In this document: positions 59,146-64,000 of the stretch, in pieces | Layout: every line of letters starts with the position of its first letter | How positions within the stretch are numbered: position 1 is the stretch's first letter | Assembly: GCA_963842525.1 (NCBI GenBank) | Contig: CAWJGT010000009.1 | Location: 1,696,001-1,760,000, forward strand | Source: an uncultured Holophagales bacterium | GTDB taxonomy: Bacteria; Acidobacteriota; Thermoanaerobaculia; Multivoradales; UBA5704 | DNA: 64,000 nt | Direction of reading: 5' to 3' | Notes under the pieces: model-generated | The model's input: only the letters and a program-made list of their open reading frames with translations | Database searches by the model: none | Told to the model about the DNA's origin: nothing | Position numbers and translations under genes: made by a program

Positions 59146-59268
59146 GTAGAATTAGGGCTCGTCACGAAATAAGGCCTTCTAGCGAGCTGACAAGGTCTGT
59201 CCTGGGACCCCAGACCCGTCGTGTCATCCTGAGCATAGCGAAGGATCTGGGGGCAGGGAGGCTGCACG

Positions 59269-59490
59269 CCGCGGGACCACTGCGAGCCACCGCAGTGAGC
59301 GTCCATGGTCCCGCGGTGGCTCCCGCCGGTGCCGCGGGACCACAGCGAGCCACCGCAGTGAGCGTCGATGGTCCCGTGGTGGCTCCTGCCGGTGCCGCGG
59401 GACCACAGCGAGCCACCGCAGGGAACGTCGATGGTCCCGTGGTGAATCCTGCCGGTTCCGCGGGACCACTGACGCGAGTCTCCACGGGGA
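59269..59490. repeat. 21-bp periodic array with 63-bp higher-order unit (array D)
   Basis: CCGCGG/CCGCAG/CCGTGG at 59269, 59290, 59311 ... 59458; shares CCGCGGGACCA with array C. Confidence 0.88.
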
Positions 59491-59585
59491 CCACTCGCGT
59501 GCCGAACAGCATTGGGTCAAGGGGGGAGGCTCTTGCGATAGAATCATTGCAATTTTCCACGTGAGCCGCCGCCTCGGAGGACGGA

Positions 59586-62500
59586 ATGCCGAGATACGAG
59601 TACGTCGAGGGGACGTCTGCGAAGTTCTGGGAGATCGAGGTCGATGGCGCCTCGGTCACCACGCGCTGGGGGCGTCTCGGCACCGCGGGGCAGGAGAAGA
59701 CCAAGGCCTTCGCGAGCCCCGACAAGGCGCGGGCCGAATACGACGGCCTGATCCGGGAGAAGGTGGGGAAGGGCTACCAGCAGGCCGGCGAGGTCGAGGG
59801 GAGAAGTCCTCACCCCCTGTCCCCCTCTCCCATCTCCCTTCCACCCCCCGCCGGGAGAGGGGGAACGCATCCGGAGCCTTCCAGCGAGCTCGCCACAGCG
59901 GCATCAACAACGTCCCCCCTCTCCCGGGGCAGGGAGGGTGGGAGATGGGAGAGGGGGACAGGGGGTGAGGACCAGCCTCCGCTACCACGCGACTACGTCA
60001 TCGCCTGGACCGACGCCCTGCGCCGCAAGCTCCACCCGCGCCGGGGCTCGGGCATGCGGACGGTCCCCCTCTCGCCCAAGGCAGCCTTCGCGCGCATGCG
60101 GGCGCACTGGGATTTGCACGCCGGGCTGTGGAAGAAGGCACCCCAGGACCGGGAGCCGTCGCTGGTCCTCGCCCTGGAGGCGGTCCGCCGGCGCTTCAGC
60201 GGGCCTCCGGACGCCGTGCCGCCTCCCGCCGGGGCCGAGGTGGAAGCGGCCACCTTCGCCGTGTTGAGGCATTCCAGCCAAGTCCGTTTGCGTCAGGCCG
60301 GGGACGTGCACGACGAGGTGGTGGACTTCTGGGCCGGCACGTCCGGACTGGCCGGCGCGGTCCGCTTCCTGCTGGCATCCCTTGACGTCGCCCCTGTGTC
60401 TCTCGGCATCCCTCCGGCGGTCTGGCTGGTCCGCCCGGACGCGGGGGTGTCGGAATCGTGGTTGTTGCAGGCGTTCCCCGGCTCCATGCCCGCCCTGGCG
60501 GCCGCACAGGGAAAACCCCCGGCCATGGTGAGCGCTCTCGTGGCCGCCCTGGCGAGCGGGGTGGAACGGGACCTCCATGCCCGCCTTGGCGGTTTCGCCC
60601 AGGCACGGCTGGAAGGATGGCTGCGCCTGCGGCGGCTCCTGGCCTCGGCGGACGAAGCGGCATGGCAGGAGGCGCGCGAAGAGGCGTCCCGGCTGCGGGA
60701 GGGAGCGCCGCTGCTGCGGCGCGCGGCGCTCTCCTATCTCTTCCCCGATGTCCTGGAGTGGGCCGAGGAGGATGTGCGAGGGGCCCTGGGCATGAGCCTC
60801 TTCCCCAAGTATGCGGGGTGTCTCGCCACCTGCCTGCGCGATGCCGACCTGATCGACCGGATGATGGCGAACAATCCTTTCTATATCCTGCCCTGGACCG
60901 GCAGAGGTTGGGACGTGACGGGCGTGGCGCTCTCCCTGGTGGAGGGATTGGGGGAGGCGGCGGTACCGCGCATCGTGCGCTTCTTCGATCCCCGCTTTCC
61001 GGCGGAGGATCGGAAGGCGGCCGCGGAGGCGCTGGCCATCGTCCCTGCCGCGGAGGCCGCCACGGCGCTGGCTGTGCGGCTCGACGACAAGGCTGTGACC
61101 GGCGCGGCGCAGACCTTCGCCGCGAGCTTTCCCCGGCTGGCCCTGCCAGCTTTCGCCGCTCAGCTCGGCCGCGGCCCGGGCGGCCGGACGGCCGAGTCGC
61201 TGCTGGCGGGGATCGCCGGTGGAGACCCGGAGCTCGCCGCGGAGCTGCTGCCCTCCCTGCCCGAGCCGTCGCGCCGCACCCTGGAGGCTTTGCTGGCGCG
61301 GACCGCCGCTCCCGAGAGGGAGGCCGGCCCCGGCGAGCTGCCGCGGGTTCTGGCCCATCCCCCCTGGACGGAGAAACGGACGCGCAAGCCGCCGCGGATC
61401 CTGACCCTCGAGCCGCTGCCGGACCAGGAGTCGATGGCCTGGAAACCGGGGCAGCGGGAGCGGTGGCTCGCCATCCGTTCGTCCTGGGACCTGGGGCCTG
61501 ATCTCTCGTCGTACGACCGGGACGCCCACGTGGTGTCCTCGATCCTCGGCCCGCAGGCGATCATCCCGGTGCCGCAGGCGATGAGCGACGAGGTGCTGCG
61601 GCGGCGCATCGCGTGGGAGCTGTCCTCCGGCCGGAAGCCGTTCTGCGCCTATGTGGGCCTCCTCGCCTCGGCCTCGCCCGGGCTGGCGCTCGCGCTGTGG
61701 GAGATGATCCCCCCGGAGTTTTGGTCCCTCAGCCAGCAGCGGCTGGAGCGGTTCGTGGCGCAGCACGGGCTGGCGGCCTTGCCCGGGCTCCTGCGGTTCG
61801 CCCAGGCGCACCTGACGGCGGCTCTGGAGGTCTGCCTGCCCTTCCGCTCGGCGAGGATCGCGCCTCTGGCGGCCGACGCACTTGTCCGTCTCAAGGCGGC
61901 TCGCCCGGCCGCGCAACGCTGGCTCCTCGCCCACGCCGAGACCGCCGCCTTCGCCCTGATCCCGCCGGCGGTCGGGCCGGCAGGCCCGGCGCGGCAGGGC
62001 GCAGAGGCCGCGCTCCGCATCCTCGCCGCCGAGGGCCACGAAGAGGTCGTCCTTGCCGCGGCGGCGCGCTATGGCGGCGAGGCGCGGGAGGCCGTGGGAG
62101 AGCTGCTGGCCTTCGACCCTCTCGACCTGTTCCCGGCCAAGCTGCCGAAGAGGCCCGCCTTCTGGCAGCCGCCGGCCTTCGCCCGGCCGCTGCTGCGCGA
62201 CCGCGCGACCGCCCTGCCCCTCGGCGCCATCGAGCATCTGGGTGCGATGCTCGCCTTTTCACGGCCGGACGAGCCCTACTCCGGAATCGCTCAGGTCAGG
62301 GAGGCGTGCGATCCGGAGTCGCTCGCGGCCTTCGCCTGGGACCTCTTCTCCTCTTGGCTGAACGCCGGCTCGCCCGCCAAGGAGGGGTGGGCCTTGCAGG
62401 CGCTCGGCCTCCTGGGCGACGACGGGTGCGCGCGGCGGCTCGCGGCCCTGATCCGGCAGTGGCCGGGCGAAGGGGGCCACGCCCGCGCTGTCGCCGGCCT

Positions 62501-63592
62501 CGACGTCCTGCGGGCCATCGGCACCGATGTTGCCCTGATGCACCTCCACGGCATCGCCCAGAAGGTGAAGTTCAAGGCGCTCCAGGAGAAGGCACAGGAG
62601 AAGGTCGGCGAGGTCGCGGAGCAGCGGGGCCTCACTCCCGAGGAGCTGGCCGACCGCCTGGTGCCCGACCTCGGCCTCGGCCCGGACGGCTCCATGGCCC
62701 TCGATTTTGGAGGGGGGGCCCCCGCGCTTTCCGCGTCGGCTTCGACGAGCATCTGAAGCCCTTCGTGCGGGACGCCGCGGGCAAGCGGATCTCCGATCTG
62801 CCGAAGCCTGGCAAGGGGGATAATCCGGAGCTGGCGGCGCGGGCGCAAGAGGCCTGGAAGGCGCTCAAGAAGGACGCGAAGACCGTCGCCTCGCAGCAGA
62901 TCCTGCGCCTGGAGCGGGCGATGTGCGACCGCCGGCGCTGGCCCGAGGAGGTGTTCCGGCCGTTCCTCGCCGAGCACCCGCTGGTCCAGCACCTCGCCCG
63001 CCGGCTCGTCTGGGCAACGTGGGATGCAGACGGAAAGCTCGAAAGCACGTTCCGGATCTCCGAGGACGGCAGCTTTGCCAGCGCCGCCGACGAGGCCTGG
63101 GAGCTGCCTTCCGGCTCGACCCTGGGTCTGGTTCACACCCTCGACCTGACGGACGACCTCGCGGCACGCTGGGGCCAGGTGCTGGGCGATTACGAGATCC
63201 TCCAACCGTTCCGCCAGATCGGCCGCGAGGTCTACGCCATCTCCTGGGCGGAAAAGGAGGCCCTGGAGCTGCACCGCTTCGACGGAATGAAGGTGCCCAC
63301 GGGGAAGATCCTGGGGCTGGTGGCGCGGGGCTGGGTGCGTGGCGACCCGCAGGACGCCGGCCTCGTTTTCTGGGTCGAGAAGCCCCTGCCCGGCACCGGC
63401 CGCGTGGCCCGCCTGGAATTCCTGCCGGGGTTCCCCGTCATGGACCTCACGGACTTCGAGGAGCAGGAGATCCATCGCCTCACCCTGGAGGAGCCGGGCG
63501 GTTGGACGGAGGGAGGGGCGCTCGCCTTCGGCGCGCTGGAGCCGATCCTCTTCAGCGAGCTGGTGCGGGAGCTGGAGATGCTGCGCGCCTGA
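59586..63592 (+). CDS. WGR + DUF4132 domain protein; frameshift near 62715
   Basis: SAKFWEI...TRWGRLGTAGQ (WGR); LADRLVPDLGL; LERAMCDRRRW; YEILQPFRQIGRE; ILFSELVREL. Confidence 0.9.
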
Positions 63593-63610
63593 GGCCGGCG
63601 AGGGTACACC

Positions 63611-64000
63611 ATGGAAATCGACACCTTCTGGACCGACGCGCTACGCCGCAAGCTCCATCCGCGCCGGGGCTCGGGGGTGCGGACCCGGCCGCGCAAGCCG
63701 GCGGAGGCCTTCGCCCGCATGCAAGCGGCCTGGAAGAGCCGCGCCGAGGCCTGGGCCGAAACAGCGCAGTGGAAAGACCCCGGGACGCGGCCTCTCTTTG
63801 CGGCGGCTCGCGACAAGCTGGCCGGGAGCGCCGAGGCCGTTCCGCCGCCCGGAAGCCCCGAAGAGGAAGCGGCGGTCCTGGCGGTCCTCTCCATCAAGGA
63901 GGGCTGGGACCCTCCCATCGGAAGCGAAGTCGTCGATTACTGGCTCGGGACGGCCGGCCCGGCATTCGCGGTGGAGGCGCTGGCCGCTTCCCTGGAGATC
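63611..64000 (+). CDS. Paralog of the DUF4132 protein lacking WGR, 3' truncated by window edge
   Basis: MEIDTFWTDALRRKLHPRRGSG matches WTDALRRKLHPRRGSG of the upstream gene. Confidence 0.75.
   Translation, partial: MEIDTFWTDALRRKLHPRRGSGVRTRPRKPAEAFARMQAAWKSRAEAWAETAQWKDPGTRPLFAAARDKLAGSAEAVPPPGSPEEEAAVLAVLSIKEGWDPPIGSEVVDYWLGTAGPAFAVEALAASLEI

Overview
High-GC bacterial window, probably Acidobacteriota (Thermoanaerobaculia-like); this is inferred from the tandem ADOP-type permeases and general gene content. Left to right it holds: a TPR gene end, a caspase-family protease, erythromycin esterase, VOC, mug and hicBA; an orphan peptide-export operon (REC-like/GAF/HlyD fusion, C39 peptidase ABC transporter, PvdE/SyrD-like exporter); a T6SS core cluster (tssJKLMABC-hcp-tssEFG, no clpV/vgrG/PAAR) and hicAB; a flavin monooxygenase divergent from a six-Cys secreted peptide; an internally deleted REase-NACHT gene, nitrilase and metallophosphoesterase; a large propeller hybrid histidine kinase with a deleted tandem copy; an XRE-TPR regulator divergent from a small secreted GCxIDPxG peptide that is coupled to a Ser/Thr kinase; a DP-EP-like protein and an FHA-GAF sigma54 activator with a downstream enhancer and promoter; a DHH phosphoesterase, two ADOP permeases and WGR/DUF4132 paralogs. 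Intergenic DNA carries several REP/MITE-like hairpin families and four arrays with 21-bp periodicity. Many single-base frameshifts suggest unpolished long-read sequence. Best candidates for something undescribed are the XRE-TPR plus secreted peptide pair (RRNPP-like signalling in a diderm) and the 21/63-bp phased arrays. All family calls are from motif recognition by eye, with no database search.
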